DNA of 64,000 bases from Ulvibacter litoralis (GTDB taxonomy: Bacteria; Bacteroidota; Bacteroidia; Flavobacteriales; Flavobacteriaceae), in contig NZ_FNBA01000001.1 in the NCBI RefSeq assembly GCF_900102055.1, positions 581,085 through 645,084 on the forward strand. Direction: 5' to 3'. The notes under the pieces were generated by a model, which was not told where the DNA came from, searched no databases, and saw only the letters and a program-made list of their open reading frames with translations. Below, piece after piece: positions 35,051 through 46,322 of the stretch. Made by a program: the position numbers and the translations under genes. Every line of letters begins with the position of its first letter. Position 1 is the first letter of the stretch.

Positions 35051-36301
35051 ACAGCTTTCGATTGCCGTGTATATTGTTTGTAATTCGGAATCTGAAATAA
35101 CAAAAGGTGGCAATATGTAAATTGTATTTCCTAACGGACGAAGAAATACCCCCGCTGTCATAAAATGCGAAAACAATTCATTTCGAAGGTTTCCGTAACG
35201 CTCCATTTCGATGTTTAAATCGAGTGCAAAAATGACTCCCAACTGTCTCACGGATGCCACTTTTGGATGTTGTATTATTTTTTCTGAAAAGGCTCGATGT
35301 GCATTTTCAATTCGATGAATTGACCCTTGAATCGCTTCTGAAGTTAACAAATCAATTCCTGCGATAGCCGCCGCACACGCTAACGGATTTGCACTATAGG
35401 TATGTGCGTGAAAAAAGCCTTTGGCAATTTCGTTGTCTAAAAAAGCATCAAAAACGGTTTGTGTGCAACTCGTAATACTCATTGCAGCAACACCCGCAGT
35501 AAGTGCTTTACTCAAACACATAATATCAGGTTTTGTCTCTAGATATTCTGAGGCAAAGTTTTTTCCTGTTTTTCCAAATCCCGTCATCACTTCGTCTGCA
35601 ATACACAAAATATCATTTTGTTTGCAAAGCTTCAGCAGTTGTTCTAACCCTTCCGCAGAATGAAATTTCATTCCTGCAGCTCCTTGCACTAAGGGTTCGT
35701 AAATAAAAGCAGCACAATCATTTTCAGAAATAATGGTTTTCAATTTTGAAAGCACTTCAACATTGTTTTCAGCAGTTGGCACTGGAATTCGTTCCACCTT
35801 CAGAAAAAAGTCTTCGAAAGGCCCGTTATACACCGAAAGACTCGAAACACTCATTGCTCCAAACGTATCGCCATGAAATCCGTCGTCAAAAGCAATTAAG
35901 GTATTTCGCTTCGTTCCTTTATTAAAATAATACTGAAACGCCATTTTAATTGCGGCATCTACCGCTGTCGAGCCGTTGTCATTAAAAAATATTTTTTGCT
36001 GATTAGACGGTAAAATCGCCATCAATTTTTCAGAGAGTTGTACCGCAGGTTCGTGCGTAAATCCTGTAAAAACGACTTGATCCAGCTGTTGCATTTGTTT
36101 GCAAACAGCTTCAATAATAGTATCGTTGCAATGTCCGTACATGGCGGTGTACCAAGAGGCAATGCCATCGATGTAAGTGTTTTTGTTCTCATCGAACAAC
36201 AACGCGCCTTTCGCTTTTACAATTCCGATAGGGTCGCTACTGGTTTTGTGCTGTGTTAACGGATGCCAAATGTGTTTTCTATCTCTTTGTTGTAGGCTCA
36301 T
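35036..36301 (-). CDS. bioA: adenosylmethionine-8-amino-7-oxononanoate aminotransferase BioA
   Basis: Class-III aminotransferase fold with the PLP-lysine region (CLSKALTAG) and BioA-like length of 421 aa. Confidence 0.9.
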   Translation of the reverse strand: MSLQQRDRKHIWHPLTQHKTSSDPIGIVKAKGALLFDENKNTYIDGIASWYTAMYGHCNDTIIEAVCKQMQQLDQVVFTGFTHEPAVQLSEKLMAILPSNQQKIFFNDNGSTAVDAAIKMAFQYYFNKGTKRNTLIAFDDGFHGDTFGAMSVSSLSVYNGPFEDFFLKVERIPVPTAENNVEVLSKLKTIISENDCAAFIYEPLVQGAAGMKFHSAEGLEQLLKLCKQNDILCIADEVMTGFGKTGKNFASEYLETKPDIMCLSKALTAGVAAMSITSCTQTVFDAFLDNEIAKGFFHAHTYSANPLACAAAIAGIDLLTSEAIQGSIHRIENAHRAFSEKIIQHPKVASVRQLGVIFALDLNIEMERYGNLRNELFSHFMTAGVFLRPLGNTIYILPPFVISDSELQTIYTAIESCLPIV

Positions 36302-36340
36302 ACTATTGTCTTACTGAACTGGTGTTGCTCTTTTTTTATG

Positions 36341-36451
36341 GTGCGACCCTGAAACGAGTTCAGGGTGACGTAGTTTCTATTTTTTACCGTCTTCATACAA
36401 CCGTCATGCTGAACTCGTTTCAGCATTTCACTAAAATATGTCTAATGTTTC
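36341..36451. repeat. about 105-bp structured direct repeat, copy A, overlapping the GIY-YIG gene 3' end
   Basis: GTGCGACCCTGAAACGAGTTCAGGGTGACG...GCTGAACTCGTTTCAGCATTTCACTAAAATATGTCTAATGTTTC. About 85% identical to copy B at 36724..36823. It contains two internal hairpins. Confidence 0.8.
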
Positions 36452-36757
36452 AAGTTTAGGATTCGTTTCTCTTATTAGATTTAACTTCCATCCTTTATGC
36501 CAATTTTTCAATTGCTTTTCTCTTGCAATTGCTTGTTCAATATCACTAAACTCTTCAAAATAAATCAAATCTTTGAGATTGTATTTGCTTGTGAATTTAG
36601 AACCAACTCCTTCTATATGTTCTAAAATTCTCTTTTGAAGGTTAGCTGTAACTCCAATATAAAAAGTTGTTCTGTACTTATTTGTCATAATATATACAAA
36701 ACTTCTTTTCATCATTTTTTGTTTGTGTGACCCTGAAACAAGTTCAGGGTGACGCAT
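36431..36757 (-). CDS. GIY-YIG nuclease-family small protein (COG2827-like), inserted cassette
   Basis: YIMTNKYRTTFYIGVTANLQKRILEH is the GIY-YIG motif. The likely true start is MMKRSF at about 36718. Both ends lie inside the direct repeats, and the C-terminus KLETLDIF-stop is encoded by the repeat. Confidence 0.8.
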   Translation of the reverse strand: MRHPELVSGSHKQKMMKRSFVYIMTNKYRTTFYIGVTANLQKRILEHIEGVGSKFTSKYNLKDLIYFEEFSDIEQAIAREKQLKNWHKGWKLNLIRETNPKLETLDIF

Positions 36758-36823
36758 GATTTCATGTTATAGTCGTCCTGCTGAACTCGTTTCAGCATCT
36801 CACTAAAATATGTCTAATGTTTC
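36724..36823. repeat. about 105-bp structured direct repeat, copy B, overlapping the bioD 3' end and the GIY-YIG 5' end
   Basis: GTGTGACCCTGAAACAAGTTCAGGGTGACGCATG...GCTGAACTCGTTTCAGCATCTCACTAAAATATGTCTAATGTTTC. It supplies the bioD C-terminal RLETLDIF-stop. Confidence 0.8.
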
Positions 36824-37423
36824 TAATCTTGAAGCATACTCTCGCACTACATTCGCATCAAAATAAGGCTCTTCTTCAATTCGTCCGAGAATGGCTACTC
36901 CACTCATTTCTGCAATAATAGTTTCGGTGGAAGGATTTTCGTCTCCGTTAAACAAGATTCCGAAAATGGATAGACCGCGTTGTTTCAATACCTCGATGGT
37001 TAGTAATGTATGATTGATACTCCCTAAATAATGACGAGAAACAACAATCACTTTATCTTTCGGCTGAATCAAATCCAGGACCGTTTCTGAATTATTGATC
37101 GGCACTAAGAGTCCGCCAGCACCTTCAATCACTAATTTATTTTGAGTCGTAGGTCTTTTGATTTTTTTAGCTTCAATAGTAATACCATCTAATTGCGCAG
37201 CTGCGTGCGGACTCATAGGGGTATTCAAATTGAAGGCACTTGGATGAAATTTTGTTTTTGTATTGCTCACAAGCGCTTTCACTTTATGTGTGTCACTTGT
37301 ATCCAAATCGCCAGCCTGAATGGGTTTCCAATAATCTGCTTGCAATGTTTCTGTGAGTATTGAAGCAGCAATTGTTTTACCCACATCGGTACCAATACCC
37401 GTAATGAAATACGTTTCTTTCAT
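36803..37423 (-). CDS. bioD: dethiobiotin synthase BioD
   Basis: The likely start is MKETYFITGIGTDVGKT (P-loop). The ORF runs 36803..37450. Confidence 0.85.
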   Translation of the reverse strand: MKETYFITGIGTDVGKTIAASILTETLQADYWKPIQAGDLDTSDTHKVKALVSNTKTKFHPSAFNLNTPMSPHAAAQLDGITIEAKKIKRPTTQNKLVIEGAGGLLVPINNSETVLDLIQPKDKVIVVSRHYLGSINHTLLTIEVLKQRGLSIFGILFNGDENPSTETIIAEMSGVAILGRIEEEPYFDANVVREYASRLETLDIF

Positions 37424-37455
37424 TCGCCAAAAGTAAATAAAGACGAGCATTTGCC

Positions 37456-38622
37456 CTATATATCGAGTCTATTAATTGCGCTTTTTAGCGCTTCCATCAA
37501 GCGCGTAATTTCTGCTTCGGAATGGGACGAATGAATACAAATGCGCAAGCGTTCTTTTCCTTCTGAAACTGTGGGAGAAAGGATCGCTTTTACAGAAAAA
37601 CCTTGTTGGTGTAATGCTTCTGAAACTGCTTTTACACGATTATTTCCAGGAAGCAAACAACAATGTATGGCTGTTTCACTTTTTATAAAGTAGTTCTGAA
37701 GTGTATATTTTTCAATATTTGATTGCAATATTGCTATATTCAAATTTAACTTTATTATGTTTTTAGTACTTACTAACTGTTCATATGCAGCTTTTATTGT
37801 GGCCACCGAATGGGGCGGCAGTGCGGTTGTGTAAATAAAGCTTCTTGAAAAATTTAATAAGTAGGTAATTAAGTCCGAACTTCCTAAAACGACAGCACCG
37901 TGACATCCTAACGCTTTTCCGAAGGTGACAATACGCGCAAAAACAAAAGCCTCTAAACCGAGTTCTTGTACGAGTCCGCGCCCTTTACCTACAACTCCGA
38001 CAGCGTGTGCTTCATCTACAACAAGATGAAATGAATGTTCTGTGCAATAGGCTGAAAATGCATTTAGATCTGGCATATCGCCATCCATAGAAAAAACAGA
38101 TTCCGTAACCACATACACTTCGACATCTTTGGCATTTGGCTGAGCGTTTTGTAACTGAATAATTTTTTGCTGAAGATCGGCCAAGTCGTTGTGCTTAAAC
38201 TTCACTGCTTTTGCATGACTTAGTGAAATTCCGTCCCGAATGGACGCATGACTATACTCATCGTAAAAAATACAATCTCCTCGTTGGGGCACACTGCTGA
38301 AAAAACCCAGATTAGCATCGTAGCCGCTGTTAAAAATTAATGCTGAGTCTATGTTGTGAAAAGAAGCTATAAAGGCTTCAGCGGACTTAAAAAGTGGATG
38401 ATTACCCGAGAGTAAGCGAGATCCTGTGGCGCCATTTACTTCAAGTCGTTCTTCTGCTAAAATTTTAGAAGCTCTTTTAAAAATGGCTTCAGAAGTACTG
38501 AATCCTAAATAATCATTGGAAGAGAAATCGATCAAGCCTTCTTCGTTAGAAAGACGACGCAGCGATTTGTTTTCGATGCGTTTCTGTAATTTGGATTGAA
38601 GCTTTTTCGGAATGGATTTCAT
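37456..38622 (-). CDS. bioF: 8-amino-7-oxononanoate synthase BioF
   Basis: Class-II aminotransferase. The PLP-lysine region is SMDGD...TFGKALG, and the protein has BioF-like length. Confidence 0.85.
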   Translation of the reverse strand: MKSIPKKLQSKLQKRIENKSLRRLSNEEGLIDFSSNDYLGFSTSEAIFKRASKILAEERLEVNGATGSRLLSGNHPLFKSAEAFIASFHNIDSALIFNSGYDANLGFFSSVPQRGDCIFYDEYSHASIRDGISLSHAKAVKFKHNDLADLQQKIIQLQNAQPNAKDVEVYVVTESVFSMDGDMPDLNAFSAYCTEHSFHLVVDEAHAVGVVGKGRGLVQELGLEAFVFARIVTFGKALGCHGAVVLGSSDLITYLLNFSRSFIYTTALPPHSVATIKAAYEQLVSTKNIIKLNLNIAILQSNIEKYTLQNYFIKSETAIHCCLLPGNNRVKAVSEALHQQGFSVKAILSPTVSEGKERLRICIHSSHSEAEITRLMEALKSAINRLDI

Positions 38623-38653
38623 TTGTCAAATTTAAGTATCTTTCCTGAAAGGT

Positions 38654-39190
38654 TTGTTTATGATTAGCTATAAAAAAGCATCGAGTGTTTCGGAATTACA
38701 ACAAATTATAAACCTTCAGAGAGACAACGTACCTGAAGGCATTTCTTCCGAAGAAAAAGAAACAGAAGGATTTGTTACCGTGGTTCACACACTGGAGCTC
38801 CTAACAGCTATGAATACTGTTTGTCAGCACAGTATAGCTATAGAAAATGATACGGTAGTTGGATATGCACTTTGCATGCACCCTTCGTTTGGAGATGAAA
38901 TTGACGTATTAAAACCGATGTTTTCAGAAATACAAAAAACAATAGACCCTACCACTTCTTGGATGGTAATGGGACAAATTTGTATCGACAAAAATTTCAG
39001 AAAAAAAGGAATTTTCAGAAGACTGTACGAACATATGTCAACCTCTATTCGTCCTGAATTCACCACAATTATTACCGAAGTTGACGCAACAAACACTCGT
39101 TCGTTGGCGGCACATTATGCGATTGGCTTTAAACTGATGTCAACCTATACAGCCGACAGAAAAGAATGGGTTTTAATTCGCTTGAACTAA
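38654..39190 (+). CDS. GNAT-family N-acetyltransferase
   Basis: 178-aa ORF with acetyl-CoA binding motif A (QICIDKNFRKKGIFRRL). Confidence 0.7.
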   Translation: MFMISYKKASSVSELQQIINLQRDNVPEGISSEEKETEGFVTVVHTLELLTAMNTVCQHSIAIENDTVVGYALCMHPSFGDEIDVLKPMFSEIQKTIDPTTSWMVMGQICIDKNFRKKGIFRRLYEHMSTSIRPEFTTIITEVDATNTRSLAAHYAIGFKLMSTYTADRKEWVLIRLN

Positions 39191-39717
39191 AATATAACTT
39201 CAGGCGCTTCAAGATCTACCCACTCAGAGTCTCTCGGATTTGTAGCGGCATCCAATAAATCGACCTTCAGTTGAATTGCCAACTCCTTTCCAAATTGCAT
39301 GGCACCGTTAAAATCGTAGAATCCAGCTACTAATAAATTTTTATTTTTGTTATACCACACCTTCACCTGATAATGCGAATCGCCTCTTTTAAAAACAGAA
39401 ACATACTCAATACTTTTAAAATTTTTCCAATTCCCTATAGAAAAAGGACCGATACGTCGAACAACCTTGTATCGTCTTGTGATAAAATCGAAGTGAAAAT
39501 CGCGAACGCGAGAAAAGAAAAGTCCGACTAAAAAACAGAGATATGCAATAAAAAACCACGACATAATATTGCCCGGATTATTCGGAACATTGGGTCTTGG
39601 CGGCTCAGTCACTCCTTTATACAGACACACAAACATGGCCGTATATCCTAGGGCTGCAATTATTTTTTGCCATAACGGGCGTGATCCATAAAAGGAAATA
39701 TGAGCATCAAATTTCAT
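39187..39717 (-). CDS. hypothetical membrane protein
   Basis: 176-aa ORF with two predicted TM helices. Confidence 0.4.
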   Translation of the reverse strand: MKFDAHISFYGSRPLWQKIIAALGYTAMFVCLYKGVTEPPRPNVPNNPGNIMSWFFIAYLCFLVGLFFSRVRDFHFDFITRRYKVVRRIGPFSIGNWKNFKSIEYVSVFKRGDSHYQVKVWYNKNKNLLVAGFYDFNGAMQFGKELAIQLKVDLLDAATNPRDSEWVDLEAPEVIF

Positions 39718-39815
39718 GTACAGTTTTATCGAAATTTAAATAAGAATTAAAGTATAAAAAAACCCCAAACTCCTTACGGAATTTGGGATTTATATTTAAA
39801 ATGTACTACAGAAAC

Positions 39816-40094
39816 TTAGTCTGCCAATACAATTATTTTATTATTGTTCATTTCAACAGTACCACCACTAATTTGTAGTGACCATTCGCCTTCCGCTACT
39901 TTTGTAAATTTACTTTCAAAACCAGCAGCAATCGTTGGGTTACCTTTAAATCGAACTACACCCGCATCTAATAAAGACACAATAGGAGCGTGATTGTTCA
40001 TCATTTGAAAAGAACCTTCCATTCCAGGCACAGTTACCAAGTCAACTTCACCTGATACTATTGACGCTTCTGGAGTTACAATTTCTAAATACAT
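39816..40094 (-). CDS. atpC: F0F1 ATP synthase epsilon subunit
   Basis: MYLEIVTPEASIVSGEVDLVTVPGMEGSFQMM beta-sandwich N-terminus. Short form (92 aa). Confidence 0.85.
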   Translation of the reverse strand: MYLEIVTPEASIVSGEVDLVTVPGMEGSFQMMNNHAPIVSLLDAGVVRFKGNPTIAAGFESKFTKVAEGEWSLQISGGTVEMNNNKIIVLAD

Positions 40095-40137
40095 AGTTTA
40101 TATTGCTTTGGCTTTAAGCTTTTAGCTTTAAGCGTTA

Positions 40138-41724
<1,587 letters not shown>

Positions 41725-41784
41725 TTAAAATTGCAACGGATTTAATAAAAAATTGCAGGGTTTTTTTTAGAAGGGCTACTTCTT

Positions 41785-41872
41785 CGCCAAGCTTCGAAGT
41801 ACCGCGCTTTCAGCTATATCCTCGATACCTATCGAGGGATGCCGCTTCTATCGCTGCCCCAAACATTACAAA
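41785..41872 (+). repeat. dispersed intergenic element, copy 3 of 3
   Basis: AAGTACCGCGCTTTCAGCTATATCCTCGATACCTATCGAGGGATGCCGCTTCTATCGCTGCCCC. The hairpin is CCTCGATA/TATCGAGG, followed by the conserved GGATGCCGCTTC box. Confidence 0.6.
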
Positions 41873-41930
41873 CAAAAAAAATCGCCTATTAATAAGAATA
41901 GGCGATTTTTAATTATTTTATAAATATTGG

Positions 41931-43778
41931 TTATTCTACCGTAACCGATTTCGCTAAGTTTCTAGGCTGGTCTACATTACGATCTAATAGCACCGCAATA
42001 TGGTACGACAATAGTTGTAAAGGGATTGTAGTCACTAATGGCGTTAACATTTCTGGTGTTTTAGGAACTACCATTACATAATCTGCCATTTCAGTTACAG
42101 CGGTATCTCCTTCAGTAACCACAGCAATAATAATTCCCTTTCGAGACTTAATCTCCTGAATATTACTTACCACTTTATCGTAATGATCACTATTAATAGC
42201 AATCACAACCACCGGCATATTTTCGTCGATAAGTGCGATTGGCCCGTGTTTCATTTCGGCAGCAGGATACCCTTCTGCGTGGATGTATGAGATTTCTTTT
42301 AATTTCAAGGCACCTTCTAAAGCTACCGGGAAATTACACCCTCTTCCTAAGTATAGGAAATTAGACGCATTTTTAAACACCTCTGCTATCTCCTTAATCT
42401 TTTCGTTGCTCTTTAATGCTTCCTCAACACGCGTAGGGATTAATTCCAATTCGTGTAAGTACAACATGTAATCACGTTTAGAAATAGTTCCTTTTGTTTT
42501 AGCCAGTTTTAAAGCTATCATGGTAAGCACCGTAATCTGTGTTGTAAATGCTTTGGTAGAAGCTACACCAATTTCCGGTCCTGCATGGGTATAGGTTCCA
42601 CTATGCGTTTCACGAGAGATTGAAGATCCTACTACGTTACAAATTCCGTAAACAAAAGCGCCTTTTTCTTTCGCTAATTTAATAGCCGCAAGTGTATCTG
42701 CTGTTTCTCCACTTTGAGAAATAGCAATTACCACATCTTTTTCCGTAATAATTGGATTTCTATATCTAAACTCGGAGGCATATTCTACTTCAACAGGAAT
42801 ACGAGTTAAATCTTCAAAAACATATTCAGCCACCAATCCAGCATGCCAAGAAGTACCACAAGCAATTATGATAATTCGATCCGCATTCAGAAATTTCGGA
42901 ATATAATCTTCTAAACCTCCTAAGTGAATAAGACCTTGATCTGCTAATAAACGACCACGGTATGTATCTTTAATAACAGAAGGTTGCTCGTAGATCTCTT
43001 TCATCATAAAGTGATCGTACCCGCCTTTTTCAATCTGCTCTATATTAAGTTGTAACTCATGAATATGTGGCGTTACCAACTTATCATTTTTAATTTTACG
43101 AACCTTTACATCTCTTCCTAATCTAACAATTGCCAACTCCTCATCTTCTAAGTAGATCGCATTATTTGTGAATTCAATAAAAGGAGAAGCATCACTCGCA
43201 ATGAAAAACTCATCATCACCAATTCCGATAGCCAATGGACTTCCAAGTTTTGCAACAACAATTTCATCTGGTTTATTTCTATCAAATACAGCAATAGCAT
43301 ACGCTCCAACTACTCCATTTAAAGCAATTTGAACTGCTTTTCCAAGCTTTACATTTTCTTTCTTCTTAACTTCTTCAATAAGGTTAACAAGAACTTCTGT
43401 ATCTGTATCGGATTTAAAAGTATATCCTCTATTTTGTAATTCTTTTTTAATAGACGCGTAATTTTCAATAATACCATTATGGATAATTACTAAATCTCCA
43501 CTATTAGAATAATGCGGATGTGAATTCACGTCATTTGGAACTCCGTGAGTTGCCCATCTTGTGTGGCCAATTCCAAGATTCCCTTTCATCGTAATTTCCT
43601 TTTCAGCACGAGCCTCAAGATCAACTACTTTTCCTTTTGTTTTGCTTAACTGAATATCCGTACCATCAAACAATGCGATACCAGCACTATCGTACCCTCT
43701 ATATTCTAGTCTTTTTAATCCATTAATGATAATTGGATATGCTTCTCTTTTACCTATGTAACCTACAATTCCACACAT
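41931..43778 (-). CDS. glmS: glutamine--fructose-6-phosphate aminotransferase
   Basis: MCGIVGYIG N-terminal nucleophile, two SIS domains and a C-terminal ...VTVE. Confidence 0.97.
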   Translation of the reverse strand: MCGIVGYIGKREAYPIIINGLKRLEYRGYDSAGIALFDGTDIQLSKTKGKVVDLEARAEKEITMKGNLGIGHTRWATHGVPNDVNSHPHYSNSGDLVIIHNGIIENYASIKKELQNRGYTFKSDTDTEVLVNLIEEVKKKENVKLGKAVQIALNGVVGAYAIAVFDRNKPDEIVVAKLGSPLAIGIGDDEFFIASDASPFIEFTNNAIYLEDEELAIVRLGRDVKVRKIKNDKLVTPHIHELQLNIEQIEKGGYDHFMMKEIYEQPSVIKDTYRGRLLADQGLIHLGGLEDYIPKFLNADRIIIIACGTSWHAGLVAEYVFEDLTRIPVEVEYASEFRYRNPIITEKDVVIAISQSGETADTLAAIKLAKEKGAFVYGICNVVGSSISRETHSGTYTHAGPEIGVASTKAFTTQITVLTMIALKLAKTKGTISKRDYMLYLHELELIPTRVEEALKSNEKIKEIAEVFKNASNFLYLGRGCNFPVALEGALKLKEISYIHAEGYPAAEMKHGPIALIDENMPVVVIAINSDHYDKVVSNIQEIKSRKGIIIAVVTEGDTAVTEMADYVMVVPKTPEMLTPLVTTIPLQLLSYHIAVLLDRNVDQPRNLAKSVTVE

Positions 43779-43788
43779 AAATTAATTA

Positions 43789-45393
43789 TTAATTAGGTTT
43801 AGTATAATAAACTTGGAGTTTTAATCTTTTTTCTTCGTTGGCTGTATTATTACCAAACAATACCGTTCCTCGATGAGAGAAAACACTAGAAGTAGGCACC
43901 GCTTCTAATTCTGAGTCAGTTCCGATATCAATTGGGGTTTTGATACTATTAAAACCTGGTGTTAGTACATTTTGAGTAACCACAAGTGCCAACGGGACGT
44001 TTGTAGAATCATGTAGTACTATATTATTAAGGTGGTGTGTAATTCTAATTTTGTAATACTCACCATTTTCATCACTTCCACGTTGTAATTTACCTAAATG
44101 TCCTGTTACAGCGTCTGACGCTTCTTCATATACAGTATTATCATTACCATAGTCAAGTAATACTGATTCGTTTGCCACATCATATATAAGTAAACGGTCT
44201 GGTTCAGCTGTTCCTCCTGTAACTTTATCTTGATCTACATAAAAGATAAGATTTGCTTCATTAACAAGCCATTGCTCAAGTCTCATTTCGTCAATCTCAT
44301 CTGACACCCCGTTACCATCAGCATCTTCAGTTCCAAATAAGTTTATAATAGTAGCAACACCAGCACCTGGATGTACATATAACGTTTCTTCTCCATTAAT
44401 CATGTCTGAATTTTCTAAAGCGGCCGCGATTGTAGGATTAAAATCATTATCGAAAAGATTTACATTATTACCCGTAAAAGAAAGAGATAAAACCCCCTCC
44501 TCTCGTTCAACTTCTTCTCCAGCAGCTGGCTCTTCTTCGTCTTGATACGTATAAAACAATGTTACAGATGCATTTGCGATATTAAATAGAAAAAGATTTC
44601 CGTCGGTTCCTAAATCGTCTGTTTTAAAATAAAGCCCTCTAAAGTAATCTTTAAAGTTGTTGTTGTTTGCCAATACTGAATTTCCTCCTTGTGTAAGAAT
44701 TTTTTCTTCAAAAAAGGCTACAGGCAATTTAACTCTATATCCTGGCGCCACTAAAGTTTCGTCTGGATCTTCATCTTCATCGTCGCCGTCGGCAGTTAAT
44801 AAAAGATGCCCTTCATTGGAAGGTAAAAAACTTTCCTCTTCGTAAATCAACTCTCCTACATTACTACCTCCTTCAAATACGTCTCCTAAATTAGAATAGT
44901 ATTTTTGGCGATCTTGAAGCCCTGTTGTTGGGTCAAAATCACGCAAGTAATAATTAGATTCGTATATCTTTAAATTGATAGGGTTTGTTCCATACACTGA
45001 ATCTATAGTATAGGTAGTAACCTCATCTGAAGTCGTAGCATCGCTAAAATATGGAATGTATAAAACCACACTGTCAAGTTCTGTTTCATATCCAAAGTCT
45101 GGATCAGGTGTTCCTAATACCACTTGAGACACCAAATCCACTTTCGTTTTACCGTATATCGGGTCCGAATATGTCCCAAGCTGGTACACTGGCAATCCGT
45201 TAGATTGTACAGCCTCCAATTTTTTACTAAACGCTACAACAGTGTTATTTGTTTTAGACAGCACATTAATGGGTTGCCCCCCAATAACGTCTGACCCTAA
45301 GCTACTAAAATCTTCTTGACAAGATGCTAAGCCAATAATTAAAAATAGTATTGCCAACAGTTGAGGCAATGTATTCTTGAATTTCATACGCAA
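43789..45393 (-). CDS. DUF4270-like lipoprotein adjacent to glycogen synthase
   Basis: 534-aa ORF with lipobox LIIGLASCQED and an acidic Asp/Glu-rich central region. The Bacteroidota DUF4270 family is often found next to the short glycogen synthase. Confidence 0.45.
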   Translation of the reverse strand: MRMKFKNTLPQLLAILFLIIGLASCQEDFSSLGSDVIGGQPINVLSKTNNTVVAFSKKLEAVQSNGLPVYQLGTYSDPIYGKTKVDLVSQVVLGTPDPDFGYETELDSVVLYIPYFSDATTSDEVTTYTIDSVYGTNPINLKIYESNYYLRDFDPTTGLQDRQKYYSNLGDVFEGGSNVGELIYEEESFLPSNEGHLLLTADGDDEDEDPDETLVAPGYRVKLPVAFFEEKILTQGGNSVLANNNNFKDYFRGLYFKTDDLGTDGNLFLFNIANASVTLFYTYQDEEEPAAGEEVEREEGVLSLSFTGNNVNLFDNDFNPTIAAALENSDMINGEETLYVHPGAGVATIINLFGTEDADGNGVSDEIDEMRLEQWLVNEANLIFYVDQDKVTGGTAEPDRLLIYDVANESVLLDYGNDNTVYEEASDAVTGHLGKLQRGSDENGEYYKIRITHHLNNIVLHDSTNVPLALVVTQNVLTPGFNSIKTPIDIGTDSELEAVPTSSVFSHRGTVLFGNNTANEEKRLKLQVYYTKPN

Positions 45394-45407
45394 TTAAAAT
45401 AAGTTTA

Positions 45408-46217
45408 TTACTGAAGTACTTTTGTTTCGTAAAAGTCTAAATATGCGTGAGAAAACTCATCCATATTGTGATACTTTAACACAGGTTTATCAAGATTGTT
45501 AATATATTCTTCTAATTCTTCAGGGATCTCTTTAGACCCAACAATGATAGCATCAGAATTTTTAATAGCAATCTTCATCAAATTGACATAATTAGGCAAT
45601 TCTAACTCCTCAATAGCTTCATCGTCTATTGCATCGTATCTAATTTTATCAATCGCACCCATATTTAACGTACCATCAAAGCCTTGATTGTACACAGAGG
45701 TAACTATTTTACTATTCTCGAATAATGGCTCATTACCATAGTAATTGCGAAGGTAAAGTGGCAAGAAAGAAGCCAACCATCCGTGAACATGAATAATGTC
45801 TGGAGACCAGTTTAATTTTTTTACTGTTTCAATAACACCTTTCGCAAAGAAAATAGCACGTTCGTCATTATCTGAATAAAACTTTCCATCTTCATCTGCA
45901 AATGTTGCTTTTCTCTTAAAATAATCTTCATTATCAATAAAGTACACTTGCATGCGCTCTTTAGGAATTGAAGCAACTTTAATAATTAACGGCATGTCTA
46001 AATCATTAATTACAAGATTCATCCCCGAAAGGCGAATTACTTCGTGCAATTGGTGTCTACGCTCGTTAATGTTTCCATAACGTGGCATAAAGATTCGTAT
46101 CTGTCCGCCATTATTGTTAACCATTCTAGGAGCTTCAAACGACATCGAAGAAATCTCGGTCTCTGGAAGATAAGGTATTACTTCGGAAGACACATACAAG
46201 ACTCTTTTATCTTTCAT
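45408..46217 (-). CDS. glycogen/starch synthase family protein (short Bacteroidota form, GT5 N-domain)
   Basis: 269-aa ORF. MKDKRVLYVSSEVIPYLPETEISSMSF matches the GT5 N-terminal motif (K-V-L-x-V-S-S-E-x-x-P). Confidence 0.75.
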   Translation of the reverse strand: MKDKRVLYVSSEVIPYLPETEISSMSFEAPRMVNNNGGQIRIFMPRYGNINERRHQLHEVIRLSGMNLVINDLDMPLIIKVASIPKERMQVYFIDNEDYFKRKATFADEDGKFYSDNDERAIFFAKGVIETVKKLNWSPDIIHVHGWLASFLPLYLRNYYGNEPLFENSKIVTSVYNQGFDGTLNMGAIDKIRYDAIDDEAIEELELPNYVNLMKIAIKNSDAIIVGSKEIPEELEEYINNLDKPVLKYHNMDEFSHAYLDFYETKVLQ

Positions 46218-46322
46218 CTATTTTATTTTTATGGGTGTTTGATTTAAAAAACACGCAAAATTACGAAAATTTATGTAGATTGCCTGTAATATATTAATAT
46301 TGCGGGTCATTAATTCAAAATT

